64,000 nt of DNA, from assembly GCA_002633005.1 (NCBI GenBank), contig NMRA01000564.1:209812-273811 (forward strand), given 5' to 3'. The stretch is from Phoronis australis. Lineage: Eukaryota; Animalia; Phoronida. Of the stretch, positions 63,885-64,000 are shown piece after piece. Both the position numbers and the translations under genes were made by a program. Numbering within the stretch: position 1 is the first letter of the stretch; each line of letters begins with the position of its first letter. Below the pieces are notes generated by a model that searched no databases, had not been told where the DNA came from, and was given only the letters and a program-made list of their open reading frames with translations.

Positions 63885-64000
63885 ATCGACCGTCTGCTGA
63901 GTGCATTCGACCTATGGGAAGACAGTTTCTTCGTCATCTGCGAACCGACGTCCTGGGGAGCCTGAGCCATACTCACCACCTGCCACCTGTGCCCAACAAG
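63885..64000 (+). CDS. Candidate exon of the downstream gene, running off the window (MGRQFLRHLRTDVLGSLSHTHHLPPVPNK from ATG 63914)
   Basis: TACTAAC at 63860-63866, acceptor ccaccAG at 63883-63884, abrupt shift to GC-richer sequence; protein not recognised. Confidence 0.45.

Noticed and set aside
63885-63965. Antizyme +1 frameshift site or ODC/AZIN uORF (…EPTSWGA*; TGC TGA)
   Set aside because: Lacks the TCC-TGA antizyme context and the PPW motif; no recognisable antizyme or ODC sequence

Overview
Intron-rich, AT-rich eukaryotic (animal) genomic DNA, most likely a marine invertebrate (taxon is inference only). Prokaryotic-style reading of the ORF track is misleading: the real genes are spliced. 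I can reconstruct four genes. (1) The terminal exon of a protein ending in two tandem WSC domains (353-915, +). (2) A complete PAIP2 gene (- strand, 3 coding exons, 121 aa, acidic PAM1 region plus PAM2 motif). (3) Head-to-head with it, a complete RGS12/loco orthologue (+ strand, 13 phase-consistent coding exons, 16907-53217, about 1820 aa; PDZ-PTB-RGS-RBD-RBD-GoLoco, C-terminal PDZ-binding ITFV), with a candidate 12-nt microexon and a candidate alternative first exon. (4) The probable 5' end of a further + strand gene (promoter ~57800, exons ~58134-58180 and 63885 onward). Mobile DNA includes two Helentron-associated (HINE/DINE-1-like) elements whose internal ~147-bp repeats carry CTCF-like motifs, several MITE families, a Tx1-like fragment and a decayed CR1/L2-type LINE. 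A ~1.75-2.25 kb duplication around a single N (34754) is most likely two haplotypes assembled in tandem; it exposes a polymorphic MITE with a 6-bp TSD. No prokaryotic systems or CRISPR arrays are present.
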